A stretch of DNA of 63,525 bases, filler included, from Saprolegnia diclina VS20 (Eukaryota), in assembly GCF_000281045.1 (NCBI RefSeq). It is 4 parts of one record of this genome, joined end to end, with 100 filler letters (N's around TTAATTAATTAA, not from the genome) between each part and the next. Parts side by side here need not be neighbours in the genome. Positions count along the whole stretch, not along the records: positions 1 to 19,080 come from NW_008246071.1; positions 19,181 to 27,712 come from NW_008246071.1; 2 more parts are not named here. One strand, given 5' to 3'. The position numbers were made by a program, and so were the translations under genes. The notes under the pieces were generated by a model. That model was given only the letters and a program-made list of their open reading frames with translations, was not told the DNA's origin and made no database searches. Within the stretch, counting starts at the first letter, position 1, and each line of letters begins with the position of its first letter. Of this stretch, positions 13,201 through 22,430 are shown piece by piece.

Positions 13201-13424
13201 GAGCCTTGCTTGGTCAAGTTGCCGGCGAACGCGATCTCAGCGTCCGTGAAGCGGTCCTCGGCGCGCTTGTGCTTGGACTGCTTGGACCGCCGGTGGTCCA
13301 TGGAGCGACGCATGAGGAGACCCATCGTCCGGGAGCTCGCCTGCGCATGGTAGTACTGGTCCTGGATCTTGCCCGAGTCCGTCACATGGAGGCGGGGCGT
13401 CGTCGCCTTGGCCGGCGCGGCCAT
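10293..13424 (-). CDS. INPP4: PH-domain inositol polyphosphate 4-phosphatase
   Basis: N-terminal PH domain (AGNLTKQGSFWRTWRKRYFIL...WIDAL). C-terminal INPP4 motifs FMPTNL, GCAAAHLLGFKDGGL, ESLLSTAGNEKGMLEDM, LFTQGINERQ and catalytic CKSGKDRT (CX5R). Confidence 0.92.
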   Translation of the reverse strand: MAAPAKATTPRLHVTDSGKIQDQYYHAQASSRTMGLLMRRSMDHRRSKQSKHKRAEDRFTDAEIAFAGNLTKQGSFWRTWRKRYFILRRDRPMLCYYSSSKELTKLGEITLDADTIIEPVESSSSSCFFFIKTKHRKLIVNASDGGDAYMRGWIDALNVAVESCRTTVPFAFKNATPLSDHESVRGRRMSDAIDIARPSLTSVASDAPPPIVPSIHTTEFAPPSPRRAASSREPSPDYRASVPTFSPAFFAQLPPRPTDDSSSMRRARSLNELLNRTRVTRASDSGSNDNNTKLAPTLIASSWTERNHNASFLSRTAKTEAADHRGFGLQCQSLSLVHMRPPDALHFAISFGSIEKVPHSVPLLVVLSVLNWEPDATTKKQAMTEVARTEVERTNHLRPCGDRLVRDFQGLLALPLFLLEPHIVLQLDVYIVSNDTTEALKHHKLLGYFTIAATDLVVDSDDGTPLLMDLRFDGRSTTNILGSRNFLVLEQVATPPPYALAHGYTFATHQYLVDTAETSPPNEPPVTDEPRVGPRAATDVLLSEEMSASYCSLTVVHAYVQMLQTRNAARIAETRDVIRTIEARDVQRSVMTSPHAGDAAVFTDNDADDVEKSYTTYLETRTRLIELNKLQSTYESMERRYSALVAMVDDGGEHGITSCLKRSTMKKDPSVEFMPTNLVCHLLRAALPNHDEIAWSTITHGCAAAHLLGFKDGGLRRLLQNGRSLHEDQIEYRLDVVLCQLLSVIAAAFLSYVQLAADDVHDVSGARLRMLPRVGFLVDIESLLSTAGNEKGMLEDMAEGVKYVNQKAVYFQVTPATSSSGHCISMATDNAGAIVLQVALPSALFTKLPLSFYAQPRIQVHAVLFTQGINERQSVANTVGDTSVQEDINVESMVTLAAYVEQYVTLGVSHEPSLLPFAEIQSQLALVVTAVESQKKSLKNVNVLVDSSYLCRLVGAGRTTCCKSGKDRTAMSVTLELTRLLVDVVGVKQGLCLCQAMRERGVRRTNVLVNTGKTMYAFNSLQLKCLPACYKPPVATANANVAS

Positions 13425-13440
13425 CGAGCGCGATCAGGTG

Positions 13441-13458
13441 TTGCGGAATGAATGAGCT
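13441..13458 (-). promoter_or_regulatory. Oomycete initiator-like element upstream of INPP4
   Basis: Minus strand reads GCTCATTCATTCCGCAA about 20-35 nt before the ATG. TGATTGGCCAAA (CCAAT-box-like) lies at about 13521. Confidence 0.5.
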
Positions 13459-13934
13459 CCGGCGTTCTGCCAACCCGCTTAAGTGCGCTACGCGTGCAAC
13501 GTCTCGAAATTATTTTCACGTGATTGGCCAAATACCTTGCTTTTAATATGGAGTGCAAAATATTAAAAAAAAGATTCGAACATCGCAAGTTCAAGATCCA
13601 GTATGAGAGGTAATGGACCTCTATCAATACATATGTGCGCGGTGTGGATATGCGCAGAAACTCTGAAAACGTATTTCCGTACGCACAGGATTGTACGGCC
13701 CGTACGTACATTGGTATCTCTGATGTGTACGGCACCTTCGTACATTGCGATCTTAGCGCGCGTGGCGATTGGCCACAAAATATTGCATCCACGCATGTGA
13801 TTGGCCACGACATTTGGATTTAATCTACGTAAGGTACGCCACAAGGTTGCGGGATCTTGAAACGGACGCTGACCAGGATCGCGGTCGACGAGCGTAGCGA
13901 TCCTCCATTCGCGAATAAGACCTCCGACAGCGAC

Positions 13935-16130
13935 ATGAAGATTGCTCCTGTCGTCGCACTGACGGTCAGTGCGCTCGCCCTCTCGGCGATGGCCCAAGGT
14001 CGTGGCTACGGACGTGACGACGACTACACCGACGATGGCTATGGCCAAGTCGATGGCTACGGCGATTACGACGACAACTACGCGCACGACGATGGGTATG
14101 GCGGCGAAGAAGAAACCGGATATGGCGCGCCCGCGCAGGGCTACGGCGACGAGGAGGAAGACGCTGGCTACGGCGCGCCCAAGCCGCGCCGCTATGGGCA
14201 ACCCAGCGGCTACGGCGCACCCCAGTCGGACGGCTACGGCGCACCAAAGTCGGACGGCTACGGCGCACCAAAGTCGAACGGCTACGACGAGCCTACCAGT
14301 TACAAGAAGACCAAGAAGCCGGCTGGCTACGACGCGTACCCGGCGTCCATGTACAAGAACTCGCCGTACCGGACTGACGACAAGAAGTACGTTGAGTACA
14401 CGGACGGCTACGAGCCGCGCGCGCCCAAGGTAGACGCCCCGTTTCCGACGATCACGCTTGAGGACGAGCCGCCGCTCAGTTTGCCGCCGCTCGACACGTT
14501 CCACTGTTTCTTGAGCGGCGCGCCGTGGACCAACTGCGGAGGTCGGTCGTTGCGCGACTACTTCTTGGACCAGTGCTTCTCCATGTACTACGCCATGACG
14601 ACGGCGGCTGACGGCATTTGCTCGGGCAAAGTCGAGCCCAAGGGCAGCGACGCGTTCTACCACGGGTACGGCACGGCCGAAGACCACGACGGGACGCGCG
14701 GCTATGGATACGGTCGCAGCCGGTCGGTCCTCGCCGAAACCGAAGAAGGCTACAGCAAGCCCCAGCCCAAGCCAAAGGGGTACGGGAAGCCGACCAAGAA
14801 GCCGCAAGGCTACAAGGCGCCAGCGACGCAGGCGCCACCGAAAGCCAACTACTGCGATGCGTACCAGGAGGAGAAGTGCCTCCAGAGCCAGTACACGTCG
14901 ATCACGCTTGCGACGGTCCAGTGCCTCACGGAAAACACGGTGCGCATTCTCTTCATCGAGCGGTATGCGGCGTCGGCGGCTGTCAACCCCATTGAGGGAC
15001 CGGTGTTGTACCTCAAGAAGCTCCACCAGTTCATCAGCAGCGTCATTGCGTGCCAGCCCGACAAGATTGCCAACTACCCGACGCTGTGGCGCCGGTCCGG
15101 CAACTACAACCCGACGGCGCCGTACTCGGTGTATGGCGGGAGTGCGTACCGTGTGCAGCTGCCGCGCTGCACGTCCAACGCGGCGACGGGCTGGGACACG
15201 TCCGAGACGAACGCCCGCTTCCACTGTAACAACGTCGAGGATCTCCTCTTGAGCAACCCAGCGCTCGGTTACTTCCCGTACCAGCGCGATGCTGGCGACA
15301 TCACGTACAGCCTTCGAGCGCTCAAGCAGTGCAAGACGTCGGCGGCCGTCGACACGGCCGGTGTCGGGTACCTCGTCAAAAAGTGCTTGTTCCACACCAA
15401 TTTGGCCGAGGAAGACAACCATGGCCAGGACTTGTCGCCGCTGCTGTGGACCAACCCGGACACGCTCTTTGGGCTCCTCGACGGCCAAAACACGATCACG
15501 AACCGCAACGACGCGACGCTCCGTGTCCGCACGATCGCTGAGATTGCGGCCAACAACGGCGGCCTCGCCAAGCAGCCGATCCTCGAAGGCAACGGCGTGT
15601 TGTACTTTTGCGCCTTTTACGCCTGCCGCGCCAACAACGGCGGCGACGCGTCAAGCTGCTTCCCGGGCGTCTCGCGCAGCGACTGGGACCTTCTGAGCTC
15701 CAACTACTGGGTGCCGACGTGGAACGACCTCACGACCGAGATCAACGATTGCGTTGCCAACAAGTACTTGACGCCCCAAGACGTCAAGGACGTGTCCAAG
15801 CCGCTTCTGGACGAGCTGCACCAGCGCACGCACATTTGCATGGCCGAGAACGAGATTGTGAGTTTCTACAACAAGATCAACGGCGCGTTCGACCCGAAGG
15901 TGCAAGATGGACACATCGTCTTCCTCCGCCGCCTCGCCAACGAAAAGTGCTTTCTCGAGTCGCAAGGCGACTGCCGGTCCAACCAAGATCTGTACTCGGA
16001 CCTCTTCAACATCCTCAAGACGCTCCACAACCGGTGCCTCTCGGTCAAGTTTGCGACCCAGGACGCGGCCTCCGAGCCCGAGCCGTACGCCGACGAGTAC
16101 GACGACGGGTATGATGGCGTGGTCGCGTAA
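13935..16130 (+). CDS. Secreted protein with Gly/Tyr/Asp-rich YGAP repeats and a long Cys-rich region
   Basis: Signal-peptide-like MKIAPVVALTVSALALSAMA, GYGAP repeats (about 14119-14290), Lys/Pro-rich GY linker, many Cys downstream, intronless. Confidence 0.85.
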   Translation: MKIAPVVALTVSALALSAMAQGRGYGRDDDYTDDGYGQVDGYGDYDDNYAHDDGYGGEEETGYGAPAQGYGDEEEDAGYGAPKPRRYGQPSGYGAPQSDGYGAPKSDGYGAPKSNGYDEPTSYKKTKKPAGYDAYPASMYKNSPYRTDDKKYVEYTDGYEPRAPKVDAPFPTITLEDEPPLSLPPLDTFHCFLSGAPWTNCGGRSLRDYFLDQCFSMYYAMTTAADGICSGKVEPKGSDAFYHGYGTAEDHDGTRGYGYGRSRSVLAETEEGYSKPQPKPKGYGKPTKKPQGYKAPATQAPPKANYCDAYQEEKCLQSQYTSITLATVQCLTENTVRILFIERYAASAAVNPIEGPVLYLKKLHQFISSVIACQPDKIANYPTLWRRSGNYNPTAPYSVYGGSAYRVQLPRCTSNAATGWDTSETNARFHCNNVEDLLLSNPALGYFPYQRDAGDITYSLRALKQCKTSAAVDTAGVGYLVKKCLFHTNLAEEDNHGQDLSPLLWTNPDTLFGLLDGQNTITNRNDATLRVRTIAEIAANNGGLAKQPILEGNGVLYFCAFYACRANNGGDASSCFPGVSRSDWDLLSSNYWVPTWNDLTTEINDCVANKYLTPQDVKDVSKPLLDELHQRTHICMAENEIVSFYNKINGAFDPKVQDGHIVFLRRLANEKCFLESQGDCRSNQDLYSDLFNILKTLHNRCLSVKFATQDAASEPEPYADEYDDGYDGVVA

Positions 16131-16515
16131 GATGCACGCGATGCAACACGGACCGGGCCTGACAGTGCATCCTCGCATGCAGCTGTTCCCTCCATCAACT
16201 GCCCAGTAGTTGTAGAAGCGCGTTGGTGGGTCTTGGTGACAGGCGCCAGTCCGCGTAGTATTATAGTGATATAAGCGTCGTTAACGTTGTGTTGCACATG
16301 CTTTCTACAAACTCTTGTGCCCTTGGTGACGCCACGCCAAGCAGCGCGAAATCTGCGTAAGCCCCAACGGCGCAGAGGGCCACCGCTAGGAGAGTAGAGC
16401 TCTTTGTCTAGCGAGAAAAAGCGACTTTGATCAGTGATATTTGATACGGAATTGCATTGAGATGACATCGGAAATTGAAAGTAGAGCTAGTCTAGTCTAG
16501 TAGCTCCAAAAGAAG

Positions 16516-17215
16516 CTACGCTGGAGGAGGGCAGTGGATGGCGTCGAGCCCACGCATGACCAAGGTCACTTCAATTTGCACCGACTTCAAGAATGCCCGG
16601 CGCAGCGTCTCGAGCGGCTCGATCGACCGCTCGTTTTCGTAGGCATCNNNNNNNNNNNNNNNNNNNNNNNNNNNNNNNNNNNNNNNNNNNNNNNNNNNNN
16701 NNNNNNNNNNNNNNNNNNNNNNNNNNNNNNNNNNNNNNNNNNNNNNNNNNNNNNNNNNNNNNNNNNNNNNNNNNNNNNNNNNNNNNNNNNNNNNNNNNNN
16801 NNNNNNTGACGAGCTCGATGGCGTAGGCTTCCTCTTCTTTGCGCCACCGGCCTTTGCGCAGCGGACAGATCTGGTTGAAGATGCTGTTGGCGTCAAAACC
16901 AACGTCAAAGAAGGTCATGCGCCACCCGTAGTTGCTGGACAAGGGCAAGATCGGTCCAGCCCAGGGCGATGAGGGTGGCGTGTCGTCTATTGTAGGCACG
17001 ACACAACGCAGTGAAGTGCTGAGCCGTGGCCGCTGCGGGCGAGGCCCAGCGTCGTCAAAGACGTGGGCGCGCTTGTGAGCAAAATGCGGTCGCATCCATT
17101 GAACGTCTTGGGACATCGCAGTGGTTGACGCTAGCGATGCGCAGTGCGCCTTGATCGCGGCACCATCGCAGCACGGCACGGGACCGAGCGGGTTGAGGAG
17201 GCGGCTGATGTCCAT
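16516..17215 (-). CDS. Myb/HTH-like domain family paralogue 1 (interrupted by N gap)
   Basis: MDISRLLNP start; FDANSIFNQICPLRKGRWRKEEEAYAIELV [gap 16648-16806] YENERSIEPLETLRRAFLKSVQIE...*. Confidence 0.8.
16648..16806. other. Assembly gap (N run)
   Basis: 159 Ns inside paralogue 1. Confidence 0.99.
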
Positions 17216-18822
17216 GGCCGCAAACTACCACTAACGTGGCGGCTGACGTTGGCGAGGCGCCGTTACGGAATCTCGTGGTGGCCATCAATAGAGCTGAAAC
17301 CGGTGCGCACTCGGGATTGGATAGAGCATTTTGGGACGTTGTCGCGCGATGTTCTTGCGCGGCGTGACTCCTCTTGTCTCCGGTGTCCTGAACGACCTCT
17401 TTCTGTCTATTTCATTACCTGGTGGATCGCACGAGTGGTCACTCTTGACCTAAAACATGAGCCCTTGCATGACTCCAGACGGAGATTCACACTTCGAAAT
17501 ATTTGGCTTTGCTTCAGAAACGTTGTCTATTTTAAGAGGGTGGTTCAGACCTGGTTGGGCCGCCTCGAGCACACCGGAGAAGTATATCTGGACTTCGAGC
17601 GACGGGGCTCGTTTCGGCCATTCAACTCGAGACACGGCGTCGAGAATGCCGTAAGCCGTGAGGTTGATGCTTGCAGCAGCGTGTTTGCCAGAAACACGAA
17701 CGTAACCGACAAGCGAGCTTTGTGAATTAGCATGTACGGTCATGCGACCGAATCGTTGCCAGGTGCCTCCTTGGGTTGGCCTCAATTTGACCACGATGGT
17801 AAATCGCTCGTCCTATATTTCTAGTAGGTTAGACAGTCCATCTATCAAAAACATTTCTCATCCTGGTTGCACCGTGCGATATATGACAAAACACGCCCAA
17901 CTGCGTTCGTAATGGCCCACGGCCGCCAAGGCCAAGGTCCGTTGGGACTGCGGTTGAGTTTCGGACCGACACCATGAGTTTGGTCCAACCACTCTGGATT
18001 GGCCGAAATGTGGTCTTATTTGTCTGTCGCCCAGCGTTTGGATTGGCTGCGAACCCACTTAAACAGGGCCAGCGTTGGCCTCGTGATTATGAAACCGTCA
18101 AACACGAAACACGGAAGGATGCAGAATCATGAAGCTTAGTGTCCCATCGAAGTTATTGGACACCTCGCTACTGCACTGGAACGACGAGGCACATCGAGTC
18201 ATGTCCAATGATTCTACTACGTGCTAGTCGACGCCATGGGACAATATCTTTTTTATCGACCCTTGTCGACGCCGTGCAACTGCCGCGACCTGCCGCGCCC
18301 AACGTATGATTAGTGCCCCGACTTGGCACGATTTGGGGTGGCAAGCGAATTACCACGACCCACATATCTTCAAACGTTGTGTGTTTAGAATTGGAAATAT
18401 ATATATCTTTCCATTGGTTCCATACGCTCCCAAAAGATTGCTTTCAGAAAATTTGCTCTGGCGTTCGAAAATTTCTGTATAACAAACGAGGATTTTGGCC
18501 TCCTGCACAACACAGGCGCACAGGCTCGAGAGCGGCAGGACCACGTGCAGATTTCACTCTTTTCAGCGACACTTGATGGTGCCCTAAAACCTCAAGCGTC
18601 AAGCCACACAGGATCTTTAAGCGGGAAACTGTACGGCTCGCCCGTTACGAAAGGCGCTTCCCATTTTCGCCAATAAAATGCGCTTAAGGCATGCTGTCGT
18701 GGCCGTTGGTTGGCCAGAGAATTTTATTCTACTTGTATTTTGTCCTATCAAAAATCAAACCGCCTGAAACGCTCGACGCGATCATACATCGGTGCGACCA
18801 CTTGCATTTGCTCGTTTGAAGA

Positions 18823-19080
18823 ATGGACCTCCACTTGATCCTGAACCCGTGTGCAGTCCACGAAGACATGGACGTCTCACATCTCGAGCCGCGTCTTGCA
18901 AGAACCGTTCATTGCGTCGAGTACGACGAAGCGCCAACCAAGAAGCGCGGTCCGCCGGTGCAGCTCTCATCTATGTATTCCAAGCGACCTCGGCTAGAGT
19001 GCGCCGTTACTGTGACCCACCAGCCTCACTTCAACTCGGCCTTCCCAGTGTACGACTCCATTTACACACACTGCGATGAA
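18823..19080 (+). CDS. Myb/HTH-like family paralogue 2, 5' part only (truncated by gap)
   Basis: MDLHLILNPC start; EPRLARTV and SKRPRL segments align with paralogue 3 (EPRQASTV, PKRPRT). The domain itself is not visible. Confidence 0.65.
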
Positions 19081-19180
19081 NNNNNNNNNNNNNNNNNNNN
19101 NNNNNNNNNNNNNNNNNNNNNNNNTTAATTAATTAANNNNNNNNNNNNNNNNNNNNNNNNNNNNNNNNNNNNNNNNNNNN
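19081..19180. other. 100-nt assembly gap with TTAATTAATTAA linker
   Basis: 44N + TTAATTAATTAA + 44N. Confidence 0.99.
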
Positions 19181-19727
19181 GTTGTCGTCCTGCGTCTCAC
19201 TCTACAAGCTGCGTGCCCTCTCTGGCGCGAAGGCACATCCAATATTTTCGCCCGGTTCTCGCAAATCATGCGCGAGCCGTAGCCACCGAGTCCAATCGAG
19301 CAATTCGCTTAAAATAGCAGCGTTTCCCACGCTTTTCTTAGATTCGTTGGAAAAGTTTGCAAACAAGACACAAGCTTGAGCATACTACGTTCCCTGTGCA
19401 TTTATACTGCAAACCATGTCATATGCGACGGGCTTCAAAGCACTGGAAGTGATACGTCGATGTCGTGTTCGAAGCTCCATGACCCCTTCGAACGTGGCCC
19501 TCGAAACGCAACCGCAACGATGGTGGCGTAATTCTTCTCTTTTTTGGCCAATCGAACTTCGCGGTCAGGACGTGAAACCGGCCGTGCACATTCATTGGCT
19601 AAAAAGAGTTTTCCATCAAAATTTCAACCAATCCGTGAGCCTCAAAGTCGGTTTCAGCACAAAAACACCATCCGAAACGTTGCATGGGTCCCACGTCAAC
19701 AACGCAGTTGCAGTTGTTCGCTGTCCG

Positions 19728-20528
19728 ATGGATCTCCGCTTGCTGCTGAACCCGTGCGTCGGGCTGCTGGACCACGATCGTAGAAGCAGTGACCTCCACC
19801 GACCGGAGCCCCGGCAGGCATCGACCGTCAACCTCCTCGACGACAAGACGTGCAAGCGACGTCGCGAAGCAGATTTCTGCACTGTGTTCCCCAAGCGACC
19901 CCGCACTGACCACGTCGTGACGACTACGCGTCACCATTACTCGACTTTCTCGACTGTGGCACCAGGATGCAGCGGCCCATATCGATCCCAAGCCCCGACG
20001 CGCAACATCGACAATGCGAGCTTTCGCCCGCACTTGACCCAAATGGGCAGTGCAAACTCCACTTGCAATGGCCTCTACCAGAGCCACGCCGACCTCCGCA
20101 GCGCATTCCTCGACGTTGGTTTTAACGCCAACAGCATCTTCAACCAGATCTGTCCGCTGCGCAAAGGCCGGTGGCGCAAAGAAGAGGAAGCCTACGCCAT
20201 CGAGCTCGTCAAGATGGTCCACGCCAATCGCCTCCCGCTCAAGTTTCGCCAGTCGCTCCGAACGTTCCTCGCCCAGAAGCTCCACAGCGACGAGATGCGT
20301 GTGCTCAAGAAGGTCGGCAACTCGGACGCGTTTGCGTTTGCGCGGCAGCGCGGCCACGCGGACGAGGTCGCCGTGACAAGGACGACGTACGAGAACGAGC
20401 GGTCGATCGAGCCGCTCGAGACGCTGCGCCGGGCGTTCTTGAAGTCGGTGCAGATCGAAGTCGTGATTGCGCTGCGCGAGTATGATGGACAAGCGCTGCT
20501 AGATTCTCCCACGATGGGAGACGACTAG
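19728..20528 (+). CDS. Myb/HTH-like family paralogue 3
   Basis: MDLRLLLNPC start, KRPR basic patch, LRKGRWRKEEEAYAIELVKMVHANRLPLKFRQSLRTFLAQKLHSDEMRVLKK domain. Confidence 0.85.
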   Translation: MDLRLLLNPCVGLLDHDRRSSDLHRPEPRQASTVNLLDDKTCKRRREADFCTVFPKRPRTDHVVTTTRHHYSTFSTVAPGCSGPYRSQAPTRNIDNASFRPHLTQMGSANSTCNGLYQSHADLRSAFLDVGFNANSIFNQICPLRKGRWRKEEEAYAIELVKMVHANRLPLKFRQSLRTFLAQKLHSDEMRVLKKVGNSDAFAFARQRGHADEVAVTRTTYENERSIEPLETLRRAFLKSVQIEVVIALREYDGQALLDSPTMGDD

Positions 20529-20627
20529 GAAGATAACCTAGACCGTAAATAAATACATTTCTACGATAAAATTACAAATTCGTCAACTGAATGGACAACG
20601 GGACTTTTGAGCTCGTTGTAAGCGGCA

Positions 20628-20630
<3 letters not shown>

Positions 20631-20704
<74 letters not shown>

Positions 20705-20712
20705 CTCTCTCT
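20631..20712. repeat. (CT)n microsatellite, about 40 units with one interruption
   Basis: Directly visible CT run. Confidence 0.98.
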
Positions 20713-21041
20713 CGAATGGATCAATTCAAGAAAGAAGAGTTTACGTATACTCGTTCGTAGGGACTATCGTTGAGAATTTGACGTATGTCGCTCCCTCTGA
20801 GCCGTGAGGCTGCCCACCTTCCATCGCTGGGACAAGAGCGAAACGACTCGGCGATGTGATCGTACCCAAACGTCCGCCAACAAACTGCACCGACCGGCCT
20901 TCCACGCTAGGATACGTACGATATCGCTGCAAGCCACGGACCTGGGTTGCTTGCTGTCACCTTTATTTAGGACTGCTGAGACTATGCGACAGTCAACATC
21001 ATTCCCTTTTATGCGGCAAAATAATCACCCTGGCTAGTTTC

Positions 21042-21665
21042 TTAATCCAAGTGTTCACGCGCGGCCACGATCGCGTCAAGCTGCACGGACCTCAAGAACG
21101 CCCGGCGCAGCGTCTCGAGCGGCTCGATCGACCGCTCGTTCTCGTACGTCGGCCTTGTCACGGCGACCTCGTCCGCGTGGCCGCGCTGCCGCGCAAACGC
21201 AAACGCGTCCGAGTTGCCGACCTTCTTGAGCACACGCATCTCGTCGCTGTGGAGCTTCTGGGCGAGGAACGTTCGGAGCGACTGGCGAAACTTGAGCGGG
21301 AGCCGATTGGCGTGGACCATCTTGACGAGCTCGATGGCGTAGGCTTCCTCTTCTTTGCGCCACCGGCCTTTGCGCAGCGGACAGATCTGGTTGAAGATGC
21401 TGTTGGCGTCAAAACCAACGTCGAGGAACGTGGCGCACCAGTCGACACTCTCCGGTGCCAACGCGGTCTCGAGCAGTTTGCTTCGGCTTGGCATCTCGTG
21501 GCGTGCTAGGTTGCCGTAGGGCTTGTAGCGCTTGGAGAGGAGGTCGTTCCAGGCTGTGTCGATGCGGCGCTTGGGTGGCCAGCCTGGCGTCGCATGTGAG
21601 AGGCGCGACGTAGGCGACAGACTCCTCCGGTCGTCGACGGGGTTGAGAAGGAAAGCGAGGTCCAT
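21042..21665 (-). CDS. Myb/HTH-like family paralogue 4
   Basis: MDLAFLLNP start; same C-terminal domain as paralogue 3. Confidence 0.85.
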   Translation of the reverse strand: MDLAFLLNPVDDRRSLSPTSRLSHATPGWPPKRRIDTAWNDLLSKRYKPYGNLARHEMPSRSKLLETALAPESVDWCATFLDVGFDANSIFNQICPLRKGRWRKEEEAYAIELVKMVHANRLPLKFRQSLRTFLAQKLHSDEMRVLKKVGNSDAFAFARQRGHADEVAVTRPTYENERSIEPLETLRRAFLRSVQLDAIVAAREHLD

Positions 21666-22430
21666 ATATCGGGTGTCGACGGCCAAACTCGTTTTGGTGT
21701 TCTGACGTCGTTGGCCGCCATTGCGTCCCATTGGCCAGCGCGGCCAAAAATATCGGCGGAACCACCACAATCTCGTGACGGATCTTTCCTTTTCATTGTG
21801 CATAAACGTGATCCGACGTGCGGCAGCTCTCTGCGCTCGAGCGGATGTAGGGCGACGCCATACCCAGTAGCCACGCCTACGCGAATACGCCATTGACCCC
21901 CCGCGTCTCTCGGCGCCAAATTGCGTCAAGATGATGGGATAATGGCCGAAAGGAGCGTCCTGCGATGGGAACCGTCGGCCCGATCACGTAACGCGGCCCG
22001 TGATTTCACTTGTGGTTTGTATACTCGACCAGCGGTTGCGCTCGCCGCAGTGGGTAGGGCTCGTACCGGCGGCTGACGCGAGTACGTTTCAGAGATCCCA
22101 CATGTGGCACTTATGCGTCCATCAGCGACTAGGGGATTCCTCCGCGACCACGTCACATTGTCGGTGGCTGCCGTGTTGGCACTTGAAGTGTGTCAAAGAC
22201 GTGATCGTAGTCAGTTGGACCTCAAACGATGCTTTGAGTTTCACGCATTGACTCAAAAAGGGCGTTTTGAGTTTCAGACGCACCTGCGTAGCAAGCTAGA
22301 GCACCGCGCTGTGCCATCTCGCAGTCTTTCTTGTCCGGCAGCGACGACCAAACGGCGACTGCCGGTTCCTGGGATACAGGCTCGCTTGGTCTCGGATATC
22401 CGGATGGCATCCGCATAATTCGTCGCGAAG

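Noticed and set aside
14540..14560. RSLR as an RxLR effector motif
   Set aside because: About 200 aa from the signal peptide with no dEER motif; not the canonical position.
19125..19136. TTAATTAATTAA motif, also at 27757-27768 and 38852-38863
   Set aside because: Always centred in 44N+44N; an artificial six-frame-stop scaffold linker, not biology.
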